Source of the DNA: Acidobacteriota bacterium
GTDB taxonomy: Bacteria > Acidobacteriota > Vicinamibacteria > Vicinamibacterales > SCN-69-37
NCBI GenBank assembly: GCA_005799825.1
Contig: SYFT01000106.1
Span: forward strand, 10,459 to 74,458
Reading direction: 5' to 3'
Length of the DNA: 64,000 nucleotides
In this document: piece by piece, positions 1 to 9,108 of the stretch
How positions within the stretch are numbered: position 1 is the first letter of the stretch
Layout: every line of letters starts with the position of its first letter
Notes under the pieces: model-generated
What the model saw: the letters and a program-made list of their open reading frames with translations, nothing else
Databases searched by the model: none
Told to the model about the DNA's origin: nothing
Program-made: the position numbers and the translations under genes

Positions 1-314
1 CCCACCATACGGACAGCGGCGGTCTCGGCGCTCCGCGAACCGTTCATCGGCGTTTCCTTATTGTCGAACATCGTCGTGTAACCCCACTGTGGGGTCAACG
101 CGCCATCAGGCTGCAGTTGATTGATCGTGACCTTCATCCCGGTGTCTTCATGGGGCCCATAGGTCATGACATTTGTGGATGGCCGCGTCGGATCTGTGGC
201 CTTGATCAGCCATTTGCCGAACCGTGGATTTGCGGCGGGCACCGCCGCCGGCTGGGCGGCGAGCACGGTGGACAACATCGAAAACAGCACACATACGAGC
301 GAGAGTCTGCGCAT
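1..314 (-). CDS. hypothetical secreted protein, N-terminal part only (gene runs off the left edge)
   Basis: Not in the ORF track because no stop lies inside the window. The reverse complement from ATG at 314..312 reads MRRLSLVCVLFSMLSTVLAAQPAAVPAANPRFGKWLIKATDP..., a signal-peptide-like N-terminus followed by an open frame to position 1. Confidence 0.5.
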   Translation of the reverse strand, partial: MRRLSLVCVLFSMLSTVLAAQPAAVPAANPRFGKWLIKATDPTRPSTNVMTYGPHEDTGMKVTINQLQPDGALTPQWGYTTMFDNKETPMNGSRSAETAAVRMV

Positions 315-407
315 AACGGCCTCCAGCGGGTTCAGGGTGCCTGACTATAGATCAGGATCGTGCCGCCAGGTCTGGTGCGGCGAGTTAACTCGAAGGGTGT
401 ACGCGCA

Positions 408-1091
408 CTACCGTGGGGACGCCGCTTTTAATACCACGATGTGCTGCCATGGCAGCACGTCCAGCACGCGATCGATCACTAGGCCATCGGCGGCGAGCTC
501 CTGGCGAATCTGTGACACGGTCATCTTGTGCACCGGCTGGATCGGGACGTTGGGATCTTCGCCGCGGAATTCGATGAGCACCAGTCTGCCGTCGGCCTTC
601 AGCGCCCGCCTCAGTCGCGCGACGAATGCCTGAGGGCCCGACAGTTCGTGATACACATCGACCATCAGGATCAAGTCGAAGGTCGCGTCTGGCAGCTTAG
701 GGTCATCCGCCAGGCCCTGGAGCAGTGTGACGTTGGCGAGTTTTTCGCGCGTGAGTTTCGCCCGAATCAGATCGAGCATGCCCGGCTGAAGATCGGTGGC
801 GTAGACCTGGCCGGTGCGTCCCACGGCGCGGGCCAGACGTACCGTGTAGTAGCCCGACCCTGCGCCGACGTCGGCGACTACCATGCCGGACTTCAGCCGC
901 AGGGCGTCCACGGCGCGCGTCGGTTGCTCCTCCGACTCACGCTCCGGCCTGTCCAGCCACGGCGCCCCGAGCACGCTCATCGTCGGGGCAATCACGCGAC
1001 CGCTGACCGGATGGCGTTCCTGCCGTCCGGCGGCAAGGAACATGACGATGGCGACGGCGACCGTCAGGGATAGCCGAGCGGACTTCTGCAC
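408..1091 (-). CDS. class I SAM-dependent methyltransferase with N-terminal signal/anchor
   Basis: ORF 408..1373 trimmed to the GTG at 1091 (VQKSARLSLTVAVAIVMFLAAG...), because the longer version overlaps the upstream peptidase gene. It carries the SAM-binding motif VADVGAGSGYYTVRLA. Confidence 0.8.
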   Translation of the reverse strand: MQKSARLSLTVAVAIVMFLAAGRQERHPVSGRVIAPTMSVLGAPWLDRPERESEEQPTRAVDALRLKSGMVVADVGAGSGYYTVRLARAVGRTGQVYATDLQPGMLDLIRAKLTREKLANVTLLQGLADDPKLPDATFDLILMVDVYHELSGPQAFVARLRRALKADGRLVLIEFRGEDPNVPIQPVHKMTVSQIRQELAADGLVIDRVLDVLPWQHIVVLKAASPR

Positions 1092-1113
1092 AGCCCCTAG
1101 TGTACCTCGAGCG

Positions 1114-2736
1114 TCAGCGGTGCCTGGGCACAGAGACAGGAATAGGCTTGTCGATGGCGGGCCGTTCGTTGGTCTCGGCCATCGCCCAGAGTGTGGCAAA
1201 CACTGTGCGGGCGACGGTTTCGATCTTCTTCGGATCGAGGAACCGGGCGTCATCCGAGGGCTGGTGATAGCGCCGGTGCAGCCCGGTGTTCCAGCCGATC
1301 GTGAGGATCCCGCGTTCAAGGAACGGGCCCGCATCGGTACGCGGATAGAAAAACTCGCTGTCCCAGCGGTCATCCGCGCGATTGAGGGTCATGGTGAGAT
1401 AACCGCGGTTCACCTGGTCGATGAGTGCATTGACCTTGTCGCTCAACACGCCAGGGCCAATCAAATACACCTCGTTGGGGCCGGGCACGGCCGGTGAGTG
1501 CTCGTCAGCGGATTCGGCAGCGCGCGTGGCGCCGATCATGTCGATGTTGATGTGCGCTACCACCGATGACAACGGCACCGGCGGGTTCGCCACAAAGTGC
1601 CGCGACCCCCACAGCCCCACTTCTTCTCCACTATCCCACACGAAAATCATCGACCGCTTCGGGCGCTCGCTCTTCATCATCTGCTCGACGATGGACAACA
1701 TCCCGGCGCTGCCAGAGGCGTTGTCATCGGCCGAGTTGTAAATGTCATCACCCTCCACCGAGCGCGTCCCTACGGCGCCGTCCAGGTGTGCCATCACGGT
1801 GATGTGCTCGTTGCGGAGCCGCGAATCCCGGCCTTCAATCTTCGCGACGACGTTGTAGGGGCGATGCGGCACGGTGGACGCCTGGACATTGAACGTCACT
1901 GACTTGTTGAGCGTGAACGTGGCCGGATAGTCTTCAGCGTCGCCGCGGGCGACGATTTCGTTCGTTGTAAAGCGTTCGCCCGCCATCAGGGCTTCCGTGC
2001 CGGTGGGCGACAAGAGAGCGGATGTCACCTGGGCCGCGGCATAGGCCGACGGCACCGAGGGGTCAAGTTCCCGCCGCACCAGGTTCTGCCGCTGCAACTG
2101 CTGCCACCAGCCGGGCTGCGTGCTTGTCTGCGGGATCATCAGCACCGCGACGGCGCCGCGACGCGGGGCTTCGGCCACCACGTTGCTGGCGCCCACCGTG
2201 ACACGGCCGAACTGCTCAATCACCACGCCCTTTGGCATGGCGCGCGGCCCGTGGGTCAGCACCACCTTGCCGCGCACGTCAACGCCGGCGTACGGATCGA
2301 TGCCCTTGTCAGGAATCACCCAGCCGTGGCCGACGTAGACCACGGGCCATGTGCCGGTCAGCGGCTGGCCCGAGAAGGAGCGCAGGACGAAGTCGGCATC
2401 AAGGGCAAACCGCTTGCCGCCAATCTCGATGTGCGACGCGGCCAAATCCACGCGTGATTCGATCATCGTATACGTCTGGAGATACGTGCCGTTATCGCCC
2501 GCCGGCGTCACGCCGGCGGCCTTCAGGCGATTGACGATATACGCGGCGGCGCGGTCAAATCCTGGTGACGGCGTGGCCCGGCCGCGCAGTTCGTCGGAGG
2601 CGATGAACGCCAGATCACGCGCGAGTTGATCGGCCGTGATGCCATCGGCGGCTTCACGGACGGAGGTCGGGAGTATCGGTGCGCCGACGGCCTGGACGAC
2701 GACCACGGCGAGGGCGATAAGAGTGCGCAGAGACAT
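1114..2736 (-). CDS. M28 family metallopeptidase (aminopeptidase with PA-like insert), secreted
   Basis: 540 aa with signal peptide MSLRTLIALAVVVVQAVGA. M28 motifs are HLDGAV, SADDNASGSAGMLSI and VWDSGEEVGLWGSRHF. Confidence 0.9.
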   Translation of the reverse strand: MSLRTLIALAVVVVQAVGAPILPTSVREAADGITADQLARDLAFIASDELRGRATPSPGFDRAAAYIVNRLKAAGVTPAGDNGTYLQTYTMIESRVDLAASHIEIGGKRFALDADFVLRSFSGQPLTGTWPVVYVGHGWVIPDKGIDPYAGVDVRGKVVLTHGPRAMPKGVVIEQFGRVTVGASNVVAEAPRRGAVAVLMIPQTSTQPGWWQQLQRQNLVRRELDPSVPSAYAAAQVTSALLSPTGTEALMAGERFTTNEIVARGDAEDYPATFTLNKSVTFNVQASTVPHRPYNVVAKIEGRDSRLRNEHITVMAHLDGAVGTRSVEGDDIYNSADDNASGSAGMLSIVEQMMKSERPKRSMIFVWDSGEEVGLWGSRHFVANPPVPLSSVVAHINIDMIGATRAAESADEHSPAVPGPNEVYLIGPGVLSDKVNALIDQVNRGYLTMTLNRADDRWDSEFFYPRTDAGPFLERGILTIGWNTGLHRRYHQPSDDARFLDPKKIETVARTVFATLWAMAETNERPAIDKPIPVSVPRHR

Positions 2737-2769
2737 GCGGTATTCTACTCGCGTTGCCGCGAAGTGGCG

Positions 2770-3560
2770 TCAACGACGCTGAACGACGATGGTCACCAGT
2801 CCTTGCCGCCCCGGCACCAGAACCCAGCGCGGGCCACGGCGGCAATACGCAGATACAACGGGAGCCGCGCGCCAGGCATGACGCGCGATGAGCGCCAACG
2901 ATTTCGGTGCGATGTCGTTGAGCGCCGTGTCGTCTACAGCATCACGGCCGCGCGACGCCTGCCCGATTACATCGAACGACACGCTCGCTCCGGCGTCCAC
3001 CCGGACCCCAATTTCTGCACCGGTGAGCCGCGCACGTCCGCGGTTCCTGATGCCACACAGGTCCACGCCGGCCGTGTAGCGCTCCACTAGGTTATTGACG
3101 CTGTCGCGATACGTCGCGCCGTGAACATCAAATCGGCCTGCACCGTAGCGCATCGTCAAATCGAACTGGCGGCTGGTCTCAGGCCGCAAATCGGGATTGC
3201 TCTCAAGAAAGCCGCGACCAACGGGGCCGCGAGAACACCTCTCGGTGATCGTCGGGTCACGAAAGCCGCGAGCCGCCTGCAGCGTCATGACCATTGCGTG
3301 GCGTGGCGCAAGCGTCACGGCGGTGTTGGCTGCCACCGTTTAGTGATCAATTGTGCGATCGCCGAAAAAGCCGCCGCGGTTGACGCCATGAATCATCTCG
3401 CCACGCACGCCGGCGGACAGACTGAGCCACGAACGAATGGCGCGCGACCCTTCCACGAACACGCCGACGGCTGTGCGCTTGCGGATGCCAGTGACACCGT
3501 GGCCACCGTTCATGCGAGCGCCCCCGCCGTGTTGTATTGAAACGCCGTGTCGGTGGAAGA
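2770..3560 (-). pseudogene. TonB-dependent receptor, C-terminal barrel remnant (in-frame TAA, no plug or N-terminal barrel)
   Basis: One minus-strand frame reads ...GVFVEGSRAIRSWLSLSAGVRGEMIHGVNRGGFFGDRTIDH*TVAANTAVTL..ARGFRDPTITER...ESNPDLRPETSRQFDL...RNRGRARLTGAEIGVRVD. These are TBDR barrel motifs (RGFR-P, NP-L-PETS). An in-frame TAA lies at 3340..3342. The frame loses TBDR character upstream of about 3560, and there is no terminal aromatic residue. Confidence 0.6.
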
Positions 3561-3791
3561 CACGGCGAACCGGCGCTGCAGGTCCGCGCGATCGACGCGG
3601 CGGGACCGACCGGGCGCGGCAAGACGATCCTGCTCCAGATACCGTAGAGCCGCGGTGGAATCGCCGCGCCCGGCGTGTTCACGTCAACGATAATCCGTTT
3701 GGTGGCGACGGGGCGTTTCGGTGACTGTGCCACCGGGGTGTAGCCGGCCGCGGCCAGCGGTGTCTATCAGCCGAAGAGTTTCAGGGGTACC

Positions 3792-4961
3792 ATGACGCAG
3801 ATGCTCACTTCCGGCAGTGACCACGGCTTGTTTGCCGCCCTGCGCCCATTGTTGCTGCCGGTGTTCCTGATCGTGCTGGCCCTGACTGCCTACAACACGC
3901 GCATCAGCCGTGAGATGGTGGACTTCGAGGTCTACCGCACAGCAGGCCGACGCGCGATGGCCGCCGAGCCGTTGTATCAGGCGGCGGACGAGCACTACAC
4001 GTTCAAGTATTTGCCCGCGTTTGCTGTGGCCATGGCGCCGATGGCCATCCTGGGTCATGACTCGTCGCGCATCGCCTGGTACGCGCTCTCCTGCGGGTGC
4101 CTCATCCTGTTGTTGCGGTGGTCGGTGGTGGCACTCCCTGAGCGACGCTGGTCCGAGCGTTCCCTCATCGCCGTCACACTGGTGCTGCTGGCCAGGTTCT
4201 ACGCGCACGAACTGGAGCTGGGTCAAGTCAATTTACTGCTGGGGGTCGTGCTGATGGCGGGTCTCGGCGCATTGCAGTTGGAATCACCGAAGCTGGCCGC
4301 CGGCTGTTTCGCGGCGGCGATCTTCATCAAACCGTATGCGATCATTCTGCTTCCGTGGATCGTCGTCTCGTCTGGTGTGGCGCCAGGCCTGGTGGCCGGT
4401 GCGGTGATCGTGGTTGGACTTTTTATGCCCGCAGTGTTCTACGGATGGGCCGGGAATGTGTCCCTTCTGCGCGAGTGGTGGCACATCGTGACCAGTTCGA
4501 CAGCGCCCAATTTGCTCGGAGGCGACAACGTCTCGCTTGCGTCGATGTGGGCGAAGTGGCTCGGCCCGGGCACGCTCGCCACCGTTCTGGCGGCGGCGTT
4601 GGTCGTCCTGTTGCTTGCGGTCGCCGCCACCATGTGGCGGCAGCGCAAGCGCGTGTCGGAGCCCTGCTACGTCGAGTTTGCGTTTCTGCTGTTGGTCATT
4701 CCGCTTATCTCACTGCAGGGATGGGACTACGTGTTGTTGCTCGGCACGCCCGCGGTGGTGTGCGTGATCGACCGATGGCGCGAACTGCGCCTGCCCTGGC
4801 GCGTGGCCAGTGGTGCGGCGCTCGCCGTGATGGGCTTTTCAATGTTCAACCTTCTGGGCCGAGCGGTCTACGGCCAGTTCACGGCGTGGTCCGTGGTCAC
4901 GGTCTGCGCCGTCATTGTGGCTGCCACGCTCGCGCAGATCCGGCTGCGCGCGCTAGCGTGA
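3792..4961 (+). CDS. glycosyltransferase family 87 / DUF2029 polytopic membrane protein
   Basis: 389 aa with many TM segments. The N-terminal loop DFEVYRTAGRRAMAAEPLYQ...YTFKYLPAFAVAMAPM is typical of DUF2029/GT87 mannosyltransferase-like proteins. Confidence 0.75.
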   Translation: MTQMLTSGSDHGLFAALRPLLLPVFLIVLALTAYNTRISREMVDFEVYRTAGRRAMAAEPLYQAADEHYTFKYLPAFAVAMAPMAILGHDSSRIAWYALSCGCLILLLRWSVVALPERRWSERSLIAVTLVLLARFYAHELELGQVNLLLGVVLMAGLGALQLESPKLAAGCFAAAIFIKPYAIILLPWIVVSSGVAPGLVAGAVIVVGLFMPAVFYGWAGNVSLLREWWHIVTSSTAPNLLGGDNVSLASMWAKWLGPGTLATVLAAALVVLLLAVAATMWRQRKRVSEPCYVEFAFLLLVIPLISLQGWDYVLLLGTPAVVCVIDRWRELRLPWRVASGAALAVMGFSMFNLLGRAVYGQFTAWSVVTVCAVIVAATLAQIRLRALA

Positions 4962-5328
4962 GGGCGCCGTCGACCGAGTGCGAGCAAGCACTGGACTTCC
5001 ACACCAGACGATGCCATCGTCGTCGAGAATCTGCAGTGCTCCGGCGCCGGCGACGTGGCAGGATCTGCAAACTGAATTTTGAGCCCGCCAGAAATTCCTA
5101 AGTGCCGAGTGGGCACGATCCGTGCAATTCCCCTCCTGAGCGAAGGAGGTTGGAATGGAAGAAGTGGTGAAACGGGTGGTCGCTGCACGAAGACTGGTAG
5201 GAATTTCCACTATGAAGATCCATGAAAGCGCGAGCTTGGGGGCCCGGCTACGTCGGAGCTGCGCGTGCCGCCAGAGGCGGTATTCCAAGCTCGCGCTTCT
5301 GACAGCTCATGAACACTGCGTGAAGTCT

Positions 5329-6144
5329 TCACGGACCTTCATAGTGAACAGCCGGGGAGCGCGATTGCCAGCTGCCGTACATCGAGTTGGGCACGATGAA
5401 GTACCGCACACCGAACTGGGTGTAGGCGGTCTCGCCCTGCGCACGGAGCGCCTGGCTTCCTGCGGAGAAGTCATGGATGTTGTCGCCGACAAACGCGATG
5501 ACTTCAATTAGCGTGCGGCTGGCGTCTGTCTGCCCGGTGGCGACGGCTTCGAATCTCGGGTTCTTGTCTGAACCGGACCCCGCGCCCTCGGGGCGGCACA
5601 ACACGGTGTCGAACAGCAGCCCATGCGTGCGCAGGACGGCCGAAGTGTCGGGGCATTCCATGGCCAGCCGGTTGGTCACAAGCGCGAGGCGCCCGCCTAG
5701 GGCACGCACACGCGCAAGGAACACCGCTGCGCCTGGCACCGGCGCAGACGCCTGCGTCCGCACCCATGCCGTGAACCGCTCCGCCGTATGTGCCGCGCGT
5801 TCACGCGCGAGCCCTATCTAATTGGGGAAGTTGTTGATGACGGTGTCATCGGCATCAAGGACCACGACCCACGTGCCCGCAGTGCGCGTCCACGCCATGG
5901 CTTCCACATGTGTCGTCGCGATGCGGTACGTCTAGACCGTCAGCGCCGGATACTCAGCCGACGTCGTCATCCACTGGATGCTGGTGGGCAACGGGGCATC
6001 GCCTGACGGCGGCGGTGTGGGAGTGGCCACCTGCTGCGTTTGTGCGGCGCAGTCGGCCATCGAGAGAAGGAGTACGAACCTCGAGAGCCTGCGGAGCGTC
6101 CTGGCGGCAATTCTGACACCACTTCCGAGAGGCGGGTTCTGAGG
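5329..6144 (-). pseudogene. HAD-superfamily class C acid phosphatase / 5'-nucleotidase (lipoprotein e(P4) family) with two in-frame TAG codons and no canonical start
   Basis: A single minus frame reads RIAARTLRRLSRFVLLLSMADCAAQ...IQWMTTSAEYPALTV*TYRIATTHVEAMAWTRTAGTWVVVLDADDTVINNFPN*IGLARERAAHTAERFTAWVRTQASAPVPGAAVFLARVRALGGRLALVTNR...FVGDNIHDF...IVPNSMYGSW. The HAD motifs DxDxT, TNR and GDNxxDF are present. The TAG codons lie at 5932..5934 and 5818..5820. Confidence 0.7.
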
Positions 6145-6305
6145 TCAGAGGTCAAATGGGCACAGCCATACCCATTGAGCCGAGGTCGGAGTATCAGGCT
6201 ACATACACAAGTGACGCTGACCTCGGCCTTCACTGTTTTAGAACTACCCAAGTGTGTCCGGCACTGGCACACGGTTTGCTCCTGTCGCCGGCAGGAGGCT
6301 TCGAT

Positions 6306-6545
6306 ATGCGACAGCATCGGCAAATTCACCTGTGGGTCTCAGAAAGCGACTATCTGCTGCTGCACGACCAGGCGGCCATGGAGCAGGACTCAGTCTCGGC
6401 CATTCTTCGCCGGCTGATCCGAAACGAGCGGCATCGGCTGCGAGACGCGGGTCAACGCGGTCCGAGCCAGGCTTCCGTGAAGGACACGGGAGAATGCACG
6501 TCCCAGATGGCGGCACCTTCGGGATGGTCTCGAGTCGGTACGTAG
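6306..6545 (+). CDS. small ribbon-helix-helix (CopG/Arc-like) protein, orphan
   Basis: ORF 6156..6545 trimmed to the ATG at 6306, which is preceded by AGGAGG 7 nt upstream. MRQHRQIHLWVSESDYLLLHDQAAMEQDSVSAILRRLIRNE fits a beta-strand plus two-helix RHH pattern. Confidence 0.5.
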   Translation: MRQHRQIHLWVSESDYLLLHDQAAMEQDSVSAILRRLIRNERHRLRDAGQRGPSQASVKDTGECTSQMAAPSGWSRVGT

Positions 6546-6569
6546 CTCGGGCTGGTTCTCAAGCCCGAG
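6540..6569. repeat. REP-like palindromic unit, copy 1 (ACGTAGCTCGGGCT GGTTCTCA AGCCCGAG)
   Basis: The stem CTCGGGCT (6546..6553) pairs with AGCCCGAG (6562..6569). The same 30-nt unit recurs at four other loci. It overlaps the TAG stop of the RHH ORF. Confidence 0.85.
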
Positions 6570-6583
6570 GTTAGAATGGCGCC

Positions 6584-7093
6584 ATGCTGCTATCGCTGCT
6601 CTTGTCGCTTGTCGGAGCCGTTGTACCCGCTAGGTTGACGTTCACCGCGCCGCCCGCGTGGGCGCCCAGGGCCGTGACGTCGATGATGCGCGTAAGCGAG
6701 TTCGTGCTGCCGAAGGCCGACGGCGACCTTGAGGACGCCTCACTTGTGATCTACTTCTTCGGCGGCACCGGCGGCACGGTGCAGGCAAACCTCGACCGGT
6801 GGTTCGGCCAGATCGCGCAGCCCGACGGCCGGCAGACCAAGAACGTGGCCACCGCATTGAGCCGGCTCATCAACGGGCTGTCCGTGACGCTGGTCGACGC
6901 GCGGGGCACCTACGTGGCCGAGGTCACGCCCGGCTCACCCGAACGGTTCAACAAGCCCGGCTACCGGATGCGCGCTGCCGTCATCCAGACTACCGGCGGG
7001 CCGTACTTCATCAAACTGATGGGACCACTCAACACCATCGCGCGCTGGGACAAGGAATACGAAGTGTTCCTGCAGACACTCAACTACAAGTAA
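6584..7093 (+). CDS. hypothetical secreted protein
   Basis: 169 aa with a hydrophobic N-terminus MLLSLLLSLVGAVVPA and a GC3-rich frame. I recognise no family. Confidence 0.6.
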   Translation: MLLSLLLSLVGAVVPARLTFTAPPAWAPRAVTSMMRVSEFVLPKADGDLEDASLVIYFFGGTGGTVQANLDRWFGQIAQPDGRQTKNVATALSRLINGLSVTLVDARGTYVAEVTPGSPERFNKPGYRMRAAVIQTTGGPYFIKLMGPLNTIARWDKEYEVFLQTLNYK

Positions 7094-7144
7094 CGTCCGG
7101 GCTTGCCCGCCGTAGCGCGGCGCGCGGAGGCGGGTCCCGGAGTC

Positions 7145-8125
7145 CTAAACAAGGCTCCAGTCGGAGTGGGGACGCTTGTTGTCCACAATCCACCCGTAGA
7201 GCAGTCCACGGTACGTTTGCCATCGCATTTGCTTGCGCGCGTAGAATGGCCCGAGCGCGCGCTGCAGCGCCGGCAGGTGGTAAAACGGCACACCGGGAAA
7301 GTAGTGATGCTCGAGGTGCAGGTTTGAGGTGAGGAACGCAAAGTTCCAGAACCAGTGGCTGCGCAGCAGCGTGCCCCACTTGACCGGATCGTTTGGGTCA
7401 ATGTCGTAATGCTGCCCGAGCCGGTTCAGAGTGAACGCGATCGGAAAAATGAAGAACACCGGGAACGCGTGCGCGCGAAACGCCGCCGCACCGCCCCACC
7501 CCCACCAGACTCCCGCCAGCACACCCAGATGAAAGAGGATTGCGATCCGCCGTTCCCACGCAATGGTCTTCTGCAACTCGGCCGGATAGGTGGACGACTC
7601 CAGGCGTGCGGCACGAAAGTAAATCGGAAACAAGGCCGGCGTGGCGTACAGCGCCTTGTACCACCGCGCGTTCCGCTTCGGTGACAAGTGATGCCGCTTC
7701 GGGTCGTCATCATTCGATCCAAGCTCGGCGTGATGGTCCAGGTGCCATCGGGTGAACTGGCTCGGTGCGATGCCACTCGGCACCGCATATAGAAAGCTGA
7801 GTATGCGCTCGGCCAGCCGATGCCGCTTCTGGAACACGTTGTGATGCAGCACCTCGTGCAGCAGCACGGTGAAGTTGAACACCGTGAACCCCTGCACCAA
7901 TGCCACAGGCAACCAGATCAGGGGATCGTCAAAGCGGATCAGCACCCAGGTGGACGCGCCCAGGATCAGGAACTGGCGCACGGCTACGACGAAATGGCGC
8001 CACGGCTGTTTGGTGTGGAACTCGCGCATCTGCTCGCGCGAGATGGCCTTGCCCAGCTCGGCCCTGAGCGCAGTGGCGTGCGTCGAGTAATAGTGCGACT
8101 TGGACAAAATAAGACCTGCGTCCAT
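7145..8125 (-). CDS. membrane fatty acid desaturase
   Basis: ORF 7145..8563 trimmed to the ATG at 8125 (MDAGLILSKSHYY...). The three His boxes are HEVLHH, HLDHHAELG and HLEHHYFP. Confidence 0.85.
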   Translation of the reverse strand: MDAGLILSKSHYYSTHATALRAELGKAISREQMREFHTKQPWRHFVVAVRQFLILGASTWVLIRFDDPLIWLPVALVQGFTVFNFTVLLHEVLHHNVFQKRHRLAERILSFLYAVPSGIAPSQFTRWHLDHHAELGSNDDDPKRHHLSPKRNARWYKALYATPALFPIYFRAARLESSTYPAELQKTIAWERRIAILFHLGVLAGVWWGWGGAAAFRAHAFPVFFIFPIAFTLNRLGQHYDIDPNDPVKWGTLLRSHWFWNFAFLTSNLHLEHHYFPGVPFYHLPALQRALGPFYARKQMRWQTYRGLLYGWIVDNKRPHSDWSLV

Positions 8126-8142
8126 GATACTCCACCGCGGAC

Positions 8143-9108
8143 CTACGCACGCTTCCCAAGTCTTCGCCCAAGCCTGGTGAGCAGCACCCCCGAGAATACT
8201 GCGGTGGCGCCAGCGACTTTGTTCCAGGTCAGGGGCTCGCCCAACCATACGGTGGCCACAACCATGGCGACGACAGGGACTCCGTTGGAGTAGATCGACG
8301 TCCGCGCGGGACCAAGCCGCTGCACGCCCATGTACCAGATGACGTAGGCCAAGTTCAGCGCCAGAAGGGCCGACAGCACAAGCGCGGTCAGCGTCCAGGC
8401 GCTGACGTCCAGCCACGACACGCGCAGGATCTGGGGCAGCGCCATCGCCACATACGGAATCCCTCCGTAGACCATCGTCATGCCGGTCACATAGAGCGGT
8501 GAATGGCGCTTGATGAGCGAGGCCGCCCCGAGTGTGAACGTCACCCAGCACGCCACTGAACACATCACGAGTAGGTCGCCGCGCAGCGACGCGCCGCCAA
8601 ACGACGCGCCGGGTCCAACGACGAAGTAGATGCCGAGGGCGGAAACGGCTGCGCCCATCCAGTGGAGCCGGCTGATCTGCTCGCGGCCAAGCAACGCAGA
8701 CACAACGGCGAGCACGGCCGGGGTGGACCCGACAATGAGGGCGGCGTTTGATGCGCTGCTGAGCGCCACACCGCCAACAAAAAAGAACTGATAGCCGAAG
8801 TGCCCGACCAACCCTAGCCAGACTAGGTCGATGCGGTCGCGCCGCGTGAGCGGGTGCGCGGTGTGGAGGACCGAGGAGATGGGGTTGCCGCGTTGCGCCC
8901 TGCGCCGGGCGACAACAATCGCCGCGAGGAAGACGGCCGACGCAATCACCAGCCGCAGCGCATTAAACGGCTGCGGCGGTACTTCCTCGAACGCGCGCTT
9001 GATGACACTGAAATTCGTGCCCCAGATGAGCACCATGAGCGCCAGCAGTAGATCAAGAAAAGGGACGAGTGTCGATCTGTGGAAAACTCCAGGAACGTCT
9101 TTACCCAT
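8143..9108 (-). CDS. DMT superfamily transporter (EamA family)
   Basis: About ten TM segments in two EamA-like halves (LIWGTNFSVIKRAF...). The start is either the ATG at 9108 or the GTG at 9144. Both lie in or next to the 26-bp palindrome. Confidence 0.8.
   Translation of the reverse strand: MGKDVPGVFHRSTLVPFLDLLLALMVLIWGTNFSVIKRAFEEVPPQPFNALRLVIASAVFLAAIVVARRRAQRGNPISSVLHTAHPLTRRDRIDLVWLGLVGHFGYQFFFVGGVALSSASNAALIVGSTPAVLAVVSALLGREQISRLHWMGAAVSALGIYFVVGPGASFGGASLRGDLLVMCSVACWVTFTLGAASLIKRHSPLYVTGMTMVYGGIPYVAMALPQILRVSWLDVSAWTLTALVLSALLALNLAYVIWYMGVQRLGPARTSIYSNGVPVVAMVVATVWLGEPLTWNKVAGATAVFSGVLLTRLGRRLGKRA

Noticed and set aside
117-633. Plus-strand ORFs 117..344 and 166..633
   Set aside because: They are antisense to the partial secreted-protein gene (1..314) and to the methyltransferase 3' end. 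They have no motifs.
408-1373. Long N-terminal extensions of several track ORFs (408..1373, 7145..8563, 10992..11675, 36902..37711, 45072..47207, 47180..48754, 52286..53695, 24618..26531, 41907..44927)
   Set aside because: The extensions overlap upstream genes or REP-like repeats and lack family similarity. Internal starts give products that begin at the expected signal peptide or conserved N-terminus, so the features were trimmed.
3347-3733. 128-aa minus-strand ORF upstream of the TonB-receptor remnant
   Set aside because: It is an Arg-rich frame without beta-barrel character. The TBDR-like signal lies in a different frame, so this ORF is not a gene.
5155-5511. 118-aa ORF with a perfect AGGAGG Shine-Dalgarno
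   Set aside because: The frame lacks the GC3 bias of real genes here and has no recognisable fold. From 5329 onward it is antisense to the phosphatase reading frame. It is kept only as part of the low-GC spacer finding.
5818-5820. Reassignment of TAG to a sense codon (genetic-code change or pyrrolysine)
   Set aside because: TAG terminates atpF, infA, cobA-hemD, the desaturase, the EamA gene and the methyltransferase exactly at their conserved C-termini. There are no pyl genes or methylamine methyltransferases here. Only low-level suppression or simple pseudogenisation remain plausible.
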